Below are positions 50,811 to 61,148 of a DNA stretch of 64,000 nucleotides, in pieces. Positions within the stretch are counted from its first letter, which is position 1; every line of letters begins with the position of its first letter. The position numbers and the translations under genes are program-made. The stretch covers positions 21,703 to 85,702 of the forward strand of contig CAWECD010000013.1 in NCBI GenBank assembly GCA_963807575.1, written 5' to 3'. Source of the DNA: an uncultured Acidimicrobiaceae bacterium. Lineage in GTDB: Bacteria > Actinomycetota > Acidimicrobiia > Acidimicrobiales > Bog-793. The notes under the pieces were generated by a model. The model did not search any database, was not told the DNA's origin, and was given only the letters and a program-made list of their open reading frames with translations.

Positions 50811-51656
50811 TCACAGTTCGCGACGGTCAAAGCTGACGATCCCCGCACCGAGCACCGCAAGGAACCAGACACCGACCCAGACCAAGTACGTCCACGTTGG
50901 CGGTGCCTGTGCGAAGAACGGATTGCCGCTGTCGGGCGAATTTGTGAGGCGCTGCACAACAAAGGACTGCGGCTCCAGGTAGTAGATCGCGCCACGCCAA
51001 AGGCCATCGGTCGGAAGGATGTAGCGCGCGACGTCGCCGATGGTCGTGAGCGAGGAGATCTTGAACGCGGTCCCGAGCGATCCGACGACCCCTGCCAACC
51101 ATGCTGCCCCGAACAGCGCGATCGCGACGACCCCGGTCGCGATGGCCGACAGCCGCGTGCTGAGCAGCAACGTGAGCGTGAGGAGGATGGCACCCTCGGC
51201 GAAGAGGTAAAGGGCGACGAGCACGGGGCTAGGCGGAACGAACCCGGCGACCCAGTCGACGACGCCGACCTCGAGACCGGAGACCACTGCCGAGTAGGCG
51301 AGGATGACGGTCGCGAGGCCCAACCATTTACCGAGGAGGACCTCGCTCCGTCTTACCGGTCTCGCGAGTATTGAGAGAAGCACGCCTGATTCAGCCTCTG
51401 CCGAGATGGCAGGCGACGCCATCGCCGAAGCGCTCAGGGCGACGACGAAGCTGAACATGAACATGAACAAGATGAGCGCCTGGGGGATCGCTACGCCGAC
51501 CTCTCCCGAGGTGATGCTGGCGTTGTGGCTGAGACGATCGAATCCCCACGCGCTGAGCGCGACGAGCCCGATGGTGATAGCCACACACGCCGCGACGAGC
51601 CGCCGTCTGACCGCCTCACGAAGGGTGAGCAAGGCGATCGTGACAACCGGGTTCAT
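50811..51656 (-). CDS. ABC-2 type transporter permease
   Basis: TLREAVRRR, EAESG...RPVRRSEVLLGKW and FDRREL motifs. Confidence 0.88.
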   Translation of the reverse strand: MNPVVTIALLTLREAVRRRLVAACVAITIGLVALSAWGFDRLSHNASITSGEVGVAIPQALILFMFMFSFVVALSASAMASPAISAEAESGVLLSILARPVRRSEVLLGKWLGLATVILAYSAVVSGLEVGVVDWVAGFVPPSPVLVALYLFAEGAILLTLTLLLSTRLSAIATGVVAIALFGAAWLAGVVGSLGTAFKISSLTTIGDVARYILPTDGLWRGAIYYLEPQSFVVQRLTNSPDSGNPFFAQAPPTWTYLVWVGVWFLAVLGAGIVSFDRREL

Positions 51657-52645
51657 GACTTGCCCAGCAGCTCGAGGAAGCGCTCTTCGAGGGTCTGCTG
51701 ATCGGGGATGACAGCCCCGATTCGGCCACCGGCGCTCACGACCGCGGCCACGAGTGCAGGGATCTCATCAGCTTGAATCCGGGCCACGGTCAGCCACTCG
51801 CCATCTCGCGCGACGTCGCCGAACTTGGCGATCACCGCGAGGTCGTTATCGTTCAAGCCCGCCACCTTGAGCCGCACGCTCGAGGAGCGACCGAGGAGGT
51901 CCACGAGCGCGCCAGTAGCGATCGAACGTCCCCGATCAATCACGCAGACCCGATCGCAGACGTGCTCAGCTTCCTCGAGGAGGTGCGTGTTCAGAAAGAC
52001 CGTGGCCCCCCGTTCCCGGACCCGGCGGATGATCCCGCGTACGTCGTGGCGACCAACTGGGTCGAGGGCGCTCGTGGGCTCGTCCAAGATGACGAGATCC
52101 GGATCTCCGACGAGCGCGACGGCGAGTCCGAGGCGCTGCTGCATGCCTTTGGAGAAAGTGCCGACCTTGTCGCCGCGGCGCTCGGCGAGGCCAACGGTCT
52201 CGAGGACCTCGTCGATTGCGCTCATAGCTCGGCCGCGTGGGAGCTGGATCAAGCGACAGTGCAGCATCAGCACCTCAGAGGCTGTCAGCCAGCTCTGGAA
52301 CCGGAAGAGCTCCGGGAGGTAGCCGATCCGCCGCCTCGTCTCCCGATCACCCGCCGGAGCGCCGAGCACCATCGCCTCGCCGCCGGAGGGCCGAACGAGA
52401 CCGAGCAGGAGCTTGACGGCCGTGGTCTTGCCTGCCCCGTTCGGACCGAGGAACCCGAAGACCTCACCGCGGCCGACCGTCATCGACAGGCCGCCCAGCG
52501 CCGTCGTGGTGCGAAACTCCTTGCGAAGCTCGATCGTGAGCACGGCCGGCGAGACGCGCGGATCCCCACGGGACGTGTCCGCCACGCAGTCGTTGGCTAG
52601 CGACGCGTCCTCGCTGATTGGCTCAGCCGATCTGTTGAGCGACAC
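51653..52645 (-). CDS. ABC transporter ATP-binding protein
   Basis: GPNGAGKT, FSKGMQQR and ILDEPT motifs. Confidence 0.92.
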   Translation of the reverse strand: MSLNRSAEPISEDASLANDCVADTSRGDPRVSPAVLTIELRKEFRTTTALGGLSMTVGRGEVFGFLGPNGAGKTTAVKLLLGLVRPSGGEAMVLGAPAGDRETRRRIGYLPELFRFQSWLTASEVLMLHCRLIQLPRGRAMSAIDEVLETVGLAERRGDKVGTFSKGMQQRLGLAVALVGDPDLVILDEPTSALDPVGRHDVRGIIRRVRERGATVFLNTHLLEEAEHVCDRVCVIDRGRSIATGALVDLLGRSSSVRLKVAGLNDNDLAVIAKFGDVARDGEWLTVARIQADEIPALVAAVVSAGGRIGAVIPDQQTLEERFLELLGKS

Positions 52646-53729
52646 TCAGAACGTCCTCCTTGTCGAGCAGGCCGGCCACGGCATGGACAACGTCGTTGTG
52701 GTCCTCCCATATCGCTCCAGAGGCCGCATTGGAATTATCGGACAGCACCACTGCCGGTGACCCGTCGATCTCGGTCGACTCCGAGCTAGCTCCAGGTGGT
52801 GTCGGGATCGGCAAGGTCGTCTGCAGGTTCCCGAGCAGGCGGATCTCCGCGGCGACGTCGGCCGGCACGCCCGGCTGGGACAGCAAGAAGTTCTCAATCT
52901 GATTCGTCGTCGCGCCAGTCGAGGTCGCAATCGGTTGCGCCACGGTGAGGATCGCGAGCGGTCCGATGTCATCGATCGTCGTCGCGCCGCTGTAGGACAC
53001 TGCGACCGCCGGACCGAGGCTCACCACGAACGAACTGCCCGAGAGGCCAGATCCGGCATTCGCGCCGAAGTCGATCGTCGCAGTGACCTTCGGCATGACC
53101 GCGTAGTGATCGATCCCACTCACGCCGTTCGGAAGCGTGGTCGGAAGCGTCACCGAGAGCCCGGTCGCCGCCTCGGCGTCAGCGAGGGACGCGACCTGCC
53201 CGGCTCCCCCCGACGACGTCCAGCTCAGCATGCCGAAAGGCAGCGTCTCTGATCCCGACGGACTCCTGAATCCGTCGAACGAGGTCGTCGTGTTGAGCCC
53301 CATCAACTGGGTGAGCTCTTGCACGTCGGCCTGGCTCACAGGCACCCTGGCGACCTGGGTCGGCGCGAAGACGGTGGTGAGCGTCGCAGCGGCAGCGACA
53401 CCGACGATCACGACGCCGACCGCGGCAAGCGAGGCGCCGGTGCTGAGCGAGACGCCCATGAATCGCCAGCTGCGACGCGGTCCGACGCGCCATGTCGTCC
53501 GGCGCGAAGGCCTCTCGATGAGCGACGCTCGAGAGCGGGCAAGCCCCGCATCGGTGTCGGAGGGCACCCACACGTCGAAAAATCGCTCGACCGTCGCGGC
53601 GTCCTCGGTGATCCGCTGCGATCGCGCCCGACAACGCGCGCATCCCTCGACGTGTCGAGCGTCCCGGTCGGTGACGGCGAACGGCTCGTCGATGAGCCGA
53701 CGAAGCGTGCCGTCAGGAACGTGTCGCAT
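52623..53729 (-). CDS. membrane-anchored zinc-binding anti-sigma factor
   Basis: HVEGCARC motif, TM helix, extracellular domain; AGGAGG RBS. Confidence 0.78.
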   Translation of the reverse strand: MRHVPDGTLRRLIDEPFAVTDRDARHVEGCARCRARSQRITEDAATVERFFDVWVPSDTDAGLARSRASLIERPSRRTTWRVGPRRSWRFMGVSLSTGASLAAVGVVIVGVAAAATLTTVFAPTQVARVPVSQADVQELTQLMGLNTTTSFDGFRSPSGSETLPFGMLSWTSSGGAGQVASLADAEAATGLSVTLPTTLPNGVSGIDHYAVMPKVTATIDFGANAGSGLSGSSFVVSLGPAVAVSYSGATTIDDIGPLAILTVAQPIATSTGATTNQIENFLLSQPGVPADVAAEIRLLGNLQTTLPIPTPPGASSESTEIDGSPAVVLSDNSNAASGAIWEDHNDVVHAVAGLLDKEDVLSVAQQIG

Positions 53730-54258
53730 GATCAACCTCCTTACGAAATCTGGCCTCGGCGCGCCGCAGCATCGTCCCGACCTGTCCGATATTTACTTCC
53801 ATCGCCCCGGCGATCTCGGCGTAGCTGAGCCCGCTGTGGCGAAGCACGAGAACCGTCGCGGCGTGTTCCGGCATACGGGCGAGCGCGGTTCGTACTTCAC
53901 GACCTTCTTCGTTCGCGATGACGAGCTCCTCCGGGCCAATCGCCGGCGTTGCCTGCGGGACGCGCTCTTGGCGCACCTGACGGCGACGGCGGCCGCGGAC
54001 GGCGTTCAGGCTCGCATGGGACGTCGCAACCTTGACCCAGGCCCGCGCGTGGTCGGATCCGAGGGGCTCTGGGAATCGTTGCTGGGCTGCGATCAGAACG
54101 TCCTGGGCGACGTCCTCTGCGAGGTGGGGGTCGCGAACGATGCCGTAGGAGATGCGCACTAGCAGCGGATACTCCGTCCGGAAGAACTCCTCGAAGCCGG
54201 TCGTTGCTGGCAGAGCTCCACCCCTCGCTTTAGGCGGCAAGGTCAATACGGTCCCCAT
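53713..54258 (-). CDS. ECF RNA polymerase sigma factor
   Basis: AEDVAQD; LRHSGLSYAEIA...VGTMLRRA. Confidence 0.9.
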   Translation of the reverse strand: MGTVLTLPPKARGGALPATTGFEEFFRTEYPLLVRISYGIVRDPHLAEDVAQDVLIAAQQRFPEPLGSDHARAWVKVATSHASLNAVRGRRRRQVRQERVPQATPAIGPEELVIANEEGREVRTALARMPEHAATVLVLRHSGLSYAEIAGAMEVNIGQVGTMLRRAEARFRKEVDHATRS

Positions 54259-54938
54259 CTATTCGTAAGCACCGCAGGCCGTGATTTTGTGACAGGGAAT
54301 CTGAGCGAGCAAACCCGTAGGTGCCATCCCGGCGCAAGCGCGCTTTCGCGCTGAACTGTGATCACTGATAAGCGACGTTGAGACTGTCGTCCCAAGGTCA
54401 CTCACTGCGGGCGGCTTCGGGTCCTTTAATCCGCTCGATGAGCGGGAACGACGAGACAATCAGGCCCAGCCACGCAGCAATCGATCCGCGGCGGAGACCA
54501 CCGACCCTCCTTAACGTTCACGCAAATCGGCGGCTGATCCACCAGATGCAGAAGCCGCTAAAGGCGACGGCGACTCCGGCAAAGACAGTCTGATTGAGTA
54601 ACGACAGGCGTTGAGGCTCAGCCGTAACGTCAAGGGGTCTGGACGGGAGGCTCTCGAACTGTCTGCCGATCACGATTGGTCACCTTCGCGAAACCGGTTC
54701 GGCGTTTTCACTCGTTCCGTGCGACCTCGGGTCCCGTGATCCGGTTGAGGAGCGGGAAAGTCGAGGCCATGATCGCGAGTGACGCCGCTAGTCCGCCGAG
54801 GACGGTCGCCCAGTACGCGCGGCAATAGAGTCGGCAGGCGGTCGTTCGTGCCGAGCTGCCCAACTGGCTTTCTCCTGCGCCTAGTACTCGAGCGACACCG
54901 AACTCGGCGATCTGGGTGGACTAGTCGACCGACCCTAG

Positions 54939-55338
54939 AAGCCATCCACCTCCAGGGTCCCGAACTCACAATTCCGGGAATCGCGCAGCTACGCTCATCA
55001 AAGGAGGTTCTTGATCAGCCGTCTCACCTGATCCCAGGCGTCCTCGTTCAAACGTTGTCCCACCCTCTCCGCGTTGTCGTAATCACAACGTTCTCCCTTT
55101 TCAGCGGAGGGCTTCCGCGTCCACTCGCTCAAGCAGTGAGTAATTCAGGTTCGAACCCGGCACGGGCACGATCCCGTACTCATCGACGAAGGCTGCACGG
55201 ACGCTTGGTTCGGCGGTTCCACTGCCGTTCCAGGCCAAAAGCTTGCGCTGTGTGACGCCAGAGCCTCGATCGGGCGCGCCGGCAGCAGCTCGACCACGAT
55301 GTTCTGTGGGTCCATTCTGGATCGTCCTTGATCGGCAC
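54939..55338 (+). repeat. tRNA-Ser-like junction repeat, copy 3 (longest)
   Basis: GTTCAAACGTTGTCCCACCCTCTCCGC at 55046-55072; left flank shared with copy 4, right flank with copy 1. Confidence 0.88.
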
Positions 55339-55581
55339 TTCGGCCCGCGGCGGGAACGCGGTAGTGGGACAACTCCGACGAGCGGTAGGAGGCAGCGCCG
55401 GGTGGCGCCGTCTCCGGCTGGGTTGACACCGAGGCGGATCCGCCATCTCGGCGCGAACGATGGGCGACAACTTGAGTGCCCTCGCCGGAGTGTCCGCAAA
55501 GGCGAGCCTCGAGGTTGAGCCGTGACAGCCAATTGCGCCGGCTCTGTCCGCTGGTCTGGTTGGCCGCCGAGTCCGTGTGCG

Positions 55582-56475
55582 CTAAGCAGCAGGCGTCGCG
55601 ATATGGAATGCCGTACGGCATCGTTCGGCCAGCTCACGAGCGGCCACGCTTCCGCTCCGCCGCCAGAGAACGGCCAGCAAGGCGGGGATCGCCACGTCGC
55701 GGATGGGTAGGACGCGAAGCAGAGCTTCGTGCGCGGCGGCCAGCGAACTGCTGAGGATGCCGACGCCGAGTCCTCGGGCGGCGAGGTCGGCGATGGAGTC
55801 GGCTGAGGCAGCTTGGATCACGATCGTCGGTCGGAGACTGCGGGCGGCGCAAGCCTGGTCGAGCACGGCGCGCAGCCCCGTACCGGTTGGCATGCACACG
55901 ATCGGGTGTCTCGCCACCTGCGCGAGAGTGGTGGTCTTGCGACAGGCCAGCTCGTGGCCAGAGCGAACGACGGCGACGAGTCCCTCGCTGACGATGACGA
56001 GCGAGGCAAGGTCCTCGGGCGCACGGTGCGCGCAGCCGACGAGTGCGAGATCGACGCCACCGCGGCGCAGCTCGTCGATCAGTTGGTCGGAGCCGCCTTC
56101 GCGCACGGTGATCTCCACGGCGGGGTGTGCCTCGTGAAAGCTCGCGAGCGCGTCGAAGAACGGCGTAATCGCACAACCGACCACCATTCCCACCGTCAAG
56201 CGGCCGCGCAACAGCTGGCTCGTCTCGCCCACGGCCTCGCCGAACGCCTGCGCAGCGGCCAGCGCGGCGCGTGCGTGCTCGAGGGCAGCTTCGCCGGAGG
56301 CCGTGAGCCTGGCGGTGCGGGCCGAGCGGTCGAACAGTTCCGTGCCGAGCTCGCGTTCAAGCTGTTTGATCTGGGCGCTGACCCCGGACTGGCTGATGTG
56401 GACCCGCGCGGCGGCTCGGGTGAAGTTGGCTTCCTCGGCCACCGCGACGAAGTACTCAAGCTGGCGGAGATCCAT
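55582..56475 (-). CDS. LysR-family regulator
   Basis: MDLRQLEYFVAVAEEANFTRAA...SQSGVSAQIKQLE HTH. Confidence 0.93.
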   Translation of the reverse strand: MDLRQLEYFVAVAEEANFTRAAARVHISQSGVSAQIKQLERELGTELFDRSARTARLTASGEAALEHARAALAAAQAFGEAVGETSQLLRGRLTVGMVVGCAITPFFDALASFHEAHPAVEITVREGGSDQLIDELRRGGVDLALVGCAHRAPEDLASLVIVSEGLVAVVRSGHELACRKTTTLAQVARHPIVCMPTGTGLRAVLDQACAARSLRPTIVIQAASADSIADLAARGLGVGILSSSLAAAHEALLRVLPIRDVAIPALLAVLWRRSGSVAARELAERCRTAFHIATPAA

Positions 56476-56578
56476 GAGCATTGATTCTAGCATTGATCTG
56501 AAGTATCTGTTTGACTCATGATAAGTACAGGCGCAAGATTGACGCTTCCACCAAGAAACGTGAGAAAGGAAGAACGCT

Positions 56579-56968
56579 ATGTGTGACAAGGCCGCTCGCG
56601 AGAAGGCAACAACGCCAGAAGACCTGACGCGACTGTTCGTCGAGCGTTCCAACGCCGGCGATGCAGATGGGGTCGCCGAGCTCTACGAACCCGACGCCGT
56701 GATGGCGTACCCGCCCGGGCAGCTCACCATCGGGCGCGACGCCATCCGCGACCTGTGGAAGAGCGTGCTCGCCCACCGCCCACATTTCACGCCCGAACCA
56801 CCCCTTCCGACCCTGATCTGCGGCGACATCGCCCTCACGTCGACGCCACCGAGCGACGGCGCCGGCGCTCGCGCGCAGGTCGTCCGTCACCAAGCCGACG
56901 GCAGCTGGCTGCGGGTGCTGGACCAGCCCGAGTTCATCAGCCGGCCGATTTCAGACAGACCGGCCTGA
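56579..56968 (+). CDS. NTF2/SnoaL-like (YybH/DUF4440) protein
   Basis: NAGDADGVAELYEPDA...RHQADGSW...DQP. Confidence 0.82.
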   Translation: MCDKAAREKATTPEDLTRLFVERSNAGDADGVAELYEPDAVMAYPPGQLTIGRDAIRDLWKSVLAHRPHFTPEPPLPTLICGDIALTSTPPSDGAGARAQVVRHQADGSWLRVLDQPEFISRPISDRPA

Positions 56969-57010
56969 CAGCACCGATCCAAGCGCAAGCCCCGAACAGG
57001 AGACGATTCC

Positions 57011-57523
57011 ATGCCCACGACCACCGAGCCGACCACGACACAAGCAGGCTATGTCCCGGTGCCGGTCCGCTTCGACTTCGACGCCTTGGCGCTCGCTACC
57101 TCCAAGGCCGTCGCCGGCCTCCACCAGGCGGCGATCGAGGATCTCACAACTGCCAAGGTCGACCCCCAACTGATCGAACTCGTCCGCCTACGCGCGTCGC
57201 AGATCAACGGGTGCGCTTACTGCGTCGACACCCATGCCAACGACGCTCGGGGAGCGGGCGTCAGCCCGCAGCGCGTCGATGCCGTCGCAATCTGGCCGGA
57301 TGCACCCCTCTTTACCGAAGCCGAACGCGCCGCCCTCGCGCTGACCGACAGCGTCACCCGCCTATCAGAGACACACGCACCCGACTCCGTCGTTGCCGAC
57401 GCCCTGAGGGTGCTCGGCCAACAGCAGACGGTTGCGATCCTCGGGCTGATCGTCTCCATCAACGCCTGGAACGAAATTGGTGTGACCAGCCGCTGTTGGC
57501 CGATCTCGCCACGCGAGCCTTGA
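57011..57523 (+). CDS. AhpD/carboxymuconolactone decarboxylase family protein
   Basis: ELVRLRASQINGCAYCVDTH and INAWN motifs. Confidence 0.9.
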   Translation: MPTTTEPTTTQAGYVPVPVRFDFDALALATSKAVAGLHQAAIEDLTTAKVDPQLIELVRLRASQINGCAYCVDTHANDARGAGVSPQRVDAVAIWPDAPLFTEAERAALALTDSVTRLSETHAPDSVVADALRVLGQQQTVAILGLIVSINAWNEIGVTSRCWPISPREP

Positions 57524-57660
57524 CACCATTGGGATGGTGTAGTTGGCCGGGACGGCCGTCCGCTCGGCTGCCGCCTACCGTGGAGTTGCTTCCAATCCCC
57601 GTCTCGCCCACAACGCCGGCTGGGAGTGCACGACGATCCAGGCCGGACGAAGATGTCGAC

Positions 57661-57975
57661 ATGCCCCATGTCCTGATCATCGATCCCCTGAGCGAAGTGG
57701 CCATTCAACCTGGCGCCGTGGTCTCAAAGGTCGTGCACCGTCGCGACGGGATGAACGTGACTGTCTTTGGCTTCGACGCCGGCGAGGAGCTGACCGAGCA
57801 CCAGGCGGCCCGCGCTGCCGTAGTTCAGGTACTGTCCGGACGGCTTCGCTTGACCGTTGACGGTGAGGAACTCGAGCTGACTCCAGGGTCGTGGCTGCAC
57901 ATGACGTCCGGCACGCCCCACTCCCTGGTTGCCACTGAGCCGACCATCATGCTGTTGACCCTCACCGGTTCCTGA
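57661..57975 (+). CDS. cupin domain protein
   Basis: FGFDAGEELTEH...PHSLVA...MLLT. Confidence 0.85.
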   Translation: MPHVLIIDPLSEVAIQPGAVVSKVVHRRDGMNVTVFGFDAGEELTEHQAARAAVVQVLSGRLRLTVDGEELELTPGSWLHMTSGTPHSLVATEPTIMLLTLTGS

Positions 57976-58199
57976 CCGCCTTGGAGCGGCGCGGAGGCCG
58001 CATATCCCCGAACATCGCCTGTGCACGAGACCTGTCCCAGCCCCAGATCGCCGGTTCGCGGACGCACAGAATGACAGCCCGAGCCGTTAAGCGGCGCGTA
58101 ATCGGTGTTCAGTCCGGACTCGAAGACCGATCAGCGTCGCGAAAGGGAGCGTAAATCAAGCCCAGGGGTCCCGAACGGGAACGGGTTTACGAGCCCCGC

Positions 58200-58515
58200 A
58201 AGCCATCTACCTCACCGCCCGCTCTCACAGTTCCGGGAATCAATCAGCTACGGTCATCAAGGAGATTCTTGATCAGCTGCCTGACCTGATCCCAGGCGTC
58301 CTGGTTCAAACGTTGTCCCACCCTCTCCGCTGTTGTCATAGACACAACGTTCTGGCTGTTCAGCGGGCAGTTTCCGCGTCCGTTCGTACAACCAGTGAGT
58401 GATTCAGGTTTGAACGACACGGGCACGATTCCAGCCATCAGCGATGGCTGCAAGAGCGCTCGGCCCAGCGGTTCCACGATTGTGTTCCCGCCAAAAGCTC
58501 GCGCCGCGAAGCCAG
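58200..58515 (+). repeat. tRNA-Ser-like junction repeat, copy 4
   Basis: TGACCTG..AGG.GTCC.TGGTTCAAA-CGTTG-TCCCACCCTCTCCGCT; 58316-58331 identical to 39853-39868. Confidence 0.88.
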
Positions 58516-58658
58516 GAATGTCGATCTGGACGAGGCGACCTTCGCCCCGGAGCGTCGTCTTGGCCGTCGTTATGCGCTCGCCCCTGGTGTAGAAACCGTA
58601 CGCCGGGCTCGAGGCGGATCGGCGCTCACGTTGCCCGATCGACACCGGCACATATGCG

Positions 58659-59438
58659 CTACCGTTGGTCGGCACCGACCTCATTGCCGGTAAGCTTGAA
58701 TGACGGGGACCCGACTGCTGACTGATTGAACCCCTTCACGATCAACCAAAGGGCCAGGACCACCTCCTGCACGCCTATCGGAAGATTGAAGATCACTTGG
58801 GTCGTGGAGATGTATCCGGTGACGCGGCACAACACCAGTAGGGCCGCCACGAGGCCCAAGATGACCCCAGCGGCACCCCAAGCCGACGACCATCGAGGAA
58901 TTAGCTGCGCTTGATAGAACACTGCGTAGTACATGAGAGCGCCCACGTGAAAGGCGAACACCGCGGCGCGGCTCGCTCGATCACGAAGCGCCAGTAACAA
59001 ACCACCAGAGCCTTGGAAATACGACCGACGTGGCGCTCCGGCCGTCACAATCTCCTGACTCAAGGTCAAGAACAGGAGCGCGTCGATCGCGACAACTACA
59101 TAGAAGACGCCCTCAATGACTCGGAAGGCCACCGAACCAAGAGCGAGTACTTCGCCGTGTCTCCTCAAAACTCGGTACAGCGAAATGGCAATCCCAGCGC
59201 TCGCAAAAGCGGCCACCAACTGAAAGAACGCTCCCACAATCACGCGGTCTTGGTTCGCAAACGCCTTGAGAAGATAAGCGGAGCTGTTGAGGATCGGATT
59301 CAAGAGGCCGGTACTCACCAAGCTGGCAACGGTCGCGGTGATGAATAGGATTCCCGCAAGCCTTGCCCTCCATCTGTCTGGTTCCACCACCACCGCCCAC
59401 TGTAGGACCGCTCTTGGCGGACTCGGCTCCTGTGCCAT
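58659..59438 (-). CDS. DUF4386 family membrane protein
   Basis: ARLAGILFI, FRVIEG, LIPRW and EVVLALWLIVKGF motifs; start uncertain. Confidence 0.75.
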   Translation of the reverse strand: MAQEPSPPRAVLQWAVVVEPDRWRARLAGILFITATVASLVSTGLLNPILNSSAYLLKAFANQDRVIVGAFFQLVAAFASAGIAISLYRVLRRHGEVLALGSVAFRVIEGVFYVVVAIDALLFLTLSQEIVTAGAPRRSYFQGSGGLLLALRDRASRAAVFAFHVGALMYYAVFYQAQLIPRWSSAWGAAGVILGLVAALLVLCRVTGYISTTQVIFNLPIGVQEVVLALWLIVKGFNQSAVGSPSFKLTGNEVGADQR

Positions 59439-59578
59439 TTATCGTCAGGCACGGTGAGACGTCGCCCGGCAGGGCCGGAGGTTCGAGCGATAGGCCGAAA
59501 GGGTGTCGTATAGCACATACTGCCGGATCCAGTGCCCCCTTGGACCTGTCGTCGTCGGCGAATCGGCTAACTCTCGCG

Positions 59579-61148
59579 GTACTTGGATAGCGGGGTCCAC
59601 CACCTGAGCAGACCCTGAACGTATTGTTGGGAATTCCGGCGCGCATCACATCTTCGGGCGGAGAACCCAACTCCTACAAGGAGTTGGTCGCTGAGATCGC
59701 TCAGCTTCGCCGGCTTCTCGAGGCCAACACCGCCGAGCTCCGGGAGCTGAACGACCGCTTGGCCGAGCGTGAGGCGCGCCTTGCCGAGCGTGATGCCCGT
59801 GTCGCAGAGCTGGAGCGGCTGCTCGCCGAGTCCCGCCGTTCGGGAAAGCGCCAGGCCGCCCCGTTCTCCAAAGGCGACCCGAAGGAGGAACCGGCAAAGC
59901 CGGGCAGGCGCAGCGGCGAGGCCCACGGTCGCCACGGCCACCGCATGGCACCGACCGGGCTTGTCGACCGGGAGCTCGAAGCGCCCCTCCCGTCGTGCTG
60001 CCCGGACTGCGGCGGCGAGCTCGAGTTCGAGTCCCTGGCCGAGCAGTTCCAGGTCGACCTGGGGGAGATGCGTCCGGTGACGACGCGCTTTTCGGTTCCG
60101 ATCGGCCGCTGCAAGAACTGCAACAAGCGGGTGCAGGCTCGCCATCGCGAGCAGACCTCCGCTGCCCTTGGGGCAGCCTGCTCGGGGGTCGGCCCAGTGG
60201 CCAAAAGCTGGGCTGCCTGGCTCCATTACGGCCTCGGGCTGAGTTTCGTGAAGTCCTCGAGGCTGCTTGCCCGCCTCGGGATCAACGTAAGTCCCGGGGC
60301 GCTCTGCCAGGCAGCGCAGTCGACCTCGACCGACCTCGTCCCGGTGCAGGACTCGATCGTCAAAGCGGTGAACGACTCGCCGATGATCGTCCCCGACGAG
60401 TCGGGCTGGCGAGTGGGGGGCGAGGGCGCCTGGCTGTGGACGGCCGCGACGCCAGCGGCGACGGCCTACTGGGTCGCCGACGGGCGCGGCTATGACGAGG
60501 CCTGCGAGGTGATCTCGCCCGAGTACTCCGGCGTCATGGTGCGTGACGGCTGGGCGCCCTACCGCAGCTTCACCAAGGCCACTCACCAGACATGTTGTGC
60601 CCACCTGCTCAGGCGATGTGACGAGCTGATCGCCGACCTGCCCGCCTGGGCACGATCCACTCCGCGCAGGGTCCGGGAGATCCTCATCGAGGCCCTCGAT
60701 GCCCGGGATCTCGGCGAAAAGGAGCGACAAGCCGTCGTGGCCGACCTCACAGAGCGCGTCGCGATGCTCGCCGACGACGCTCAGCCCCACGACGAGAACC
60801 GCAAGCTCGCAAAGCACCTCTACGCCGAGAAAGAGGCCCTGTTCACCTTCCTCACACACGACGGCGTCGATGCCACGAACTGGCGGGCGGAGCAGGCGAT
60901 CCGCCCGGCGGTCGTGAACCGCAAGGTCTGGGGCGGGAACAGGACCTGGCGGGGAGCCGCCACCCAAGCAAGGATGATGAGCCTCATCCGCACCGCCGCC
61001 CAGCAGAACCTCGACGTGATCGAGTTCCTCACACGCCTCGCCCGGGCACCCACGCCGGAGGACGTACCGCCGCTTTTCGCGTAGAACGACTCCTCCTCCG
61101 CTCGTCATTCATCGAGATGGGCTGAGTAGGGACCCGCTATCCAAGTAC
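59579..61148 (+). mobile_element. IS66-family single-ORF insertion sequence (1570 bp)
   Basis: 16-bp perfect IR GTACTTGGATAGCGGG; 8-bp duplication CTCTCGCG (59571-59578, 61149-61156). Confidence 0.9.
59624..61084 (+). CDS. IS66-family transposase
   Basis: Coiled coil, CPDC/CKNC zinc finger, DESGW, RDGW..Y, CCAHLLR and TNWRAEQAIR...RKVWGG motifs. Confidence 0.9.
   Translation: MLGIPARITSSGGEPNSYKELVAEIAQLRRLLEANTAELRELNDRLAEREARLAERDARVAELERLLAESRRSGKRQAAPFSKGDPKEEPAKPGRRSGEAHGRHGHRMAPTGLVDRELEAPLPSCCPDCGGELEFESLAEQFQVDLGEMRPVTTRFSVPIGRCKNCNKRVQARHREQTSAALGAACSGVGPVAKSWAAWLHYGLGLSFVKSSRLLARLGINVSPGALCQAAQSTSTDLVPVQDSIVKAVNDSPMIVPDESGWRVGGEGAWLWTAATPAATAYWVADGRGYDEACEVISPEYSGVMVRDGWAPYRSFTKATHQTCCAHLLRRCDELIADLPAWARSTPRRVREILIEALDARDLGEKERQAVVADLTERVAMLADDAQPHDENRKLAKHLYAEKEALFTFLTHDGVDATNWRAEQAIRPAVVNRKVWGGNRTWRGAATQARMMSLIRTAAQQNLDVIEFLTRLARAPTPEDVPPLFA

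Noticed and set aside
57011-57975. 406-aa ORF 56755-57975 as one protein
   Set aside because: Only the last 104 codons are a cupin; the rest overlaps the SnoaL-like and AhpD genes out of frame.
43349-58515. Repeats as a CRISPR array or classical integron attC sites
   Set aside because: Units are hundreds of bp and kilobases apart; no cas or intI gene is visible, and no RYYYAAC...GTTRRRY boundaries were recognised.
58244-58520. Minus-strand reading of the repeat looks protein-like (...AERVGQRLNQDAWDQVRQLIKNLLDDRS*)
   Set aside because: No frame is open across all copies, copies 2-4 share a frame-breaking CGCTGA, and the most conserved part is the reverse complement of the tRNA-Ser end. A remote coding origin is not fully excluded without tblastn/blastx.
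59567-61108. 513-aa antisense ORF across the IS66 element
   Set aside because: Codon-mirror of the transposase with no motifs of its own.
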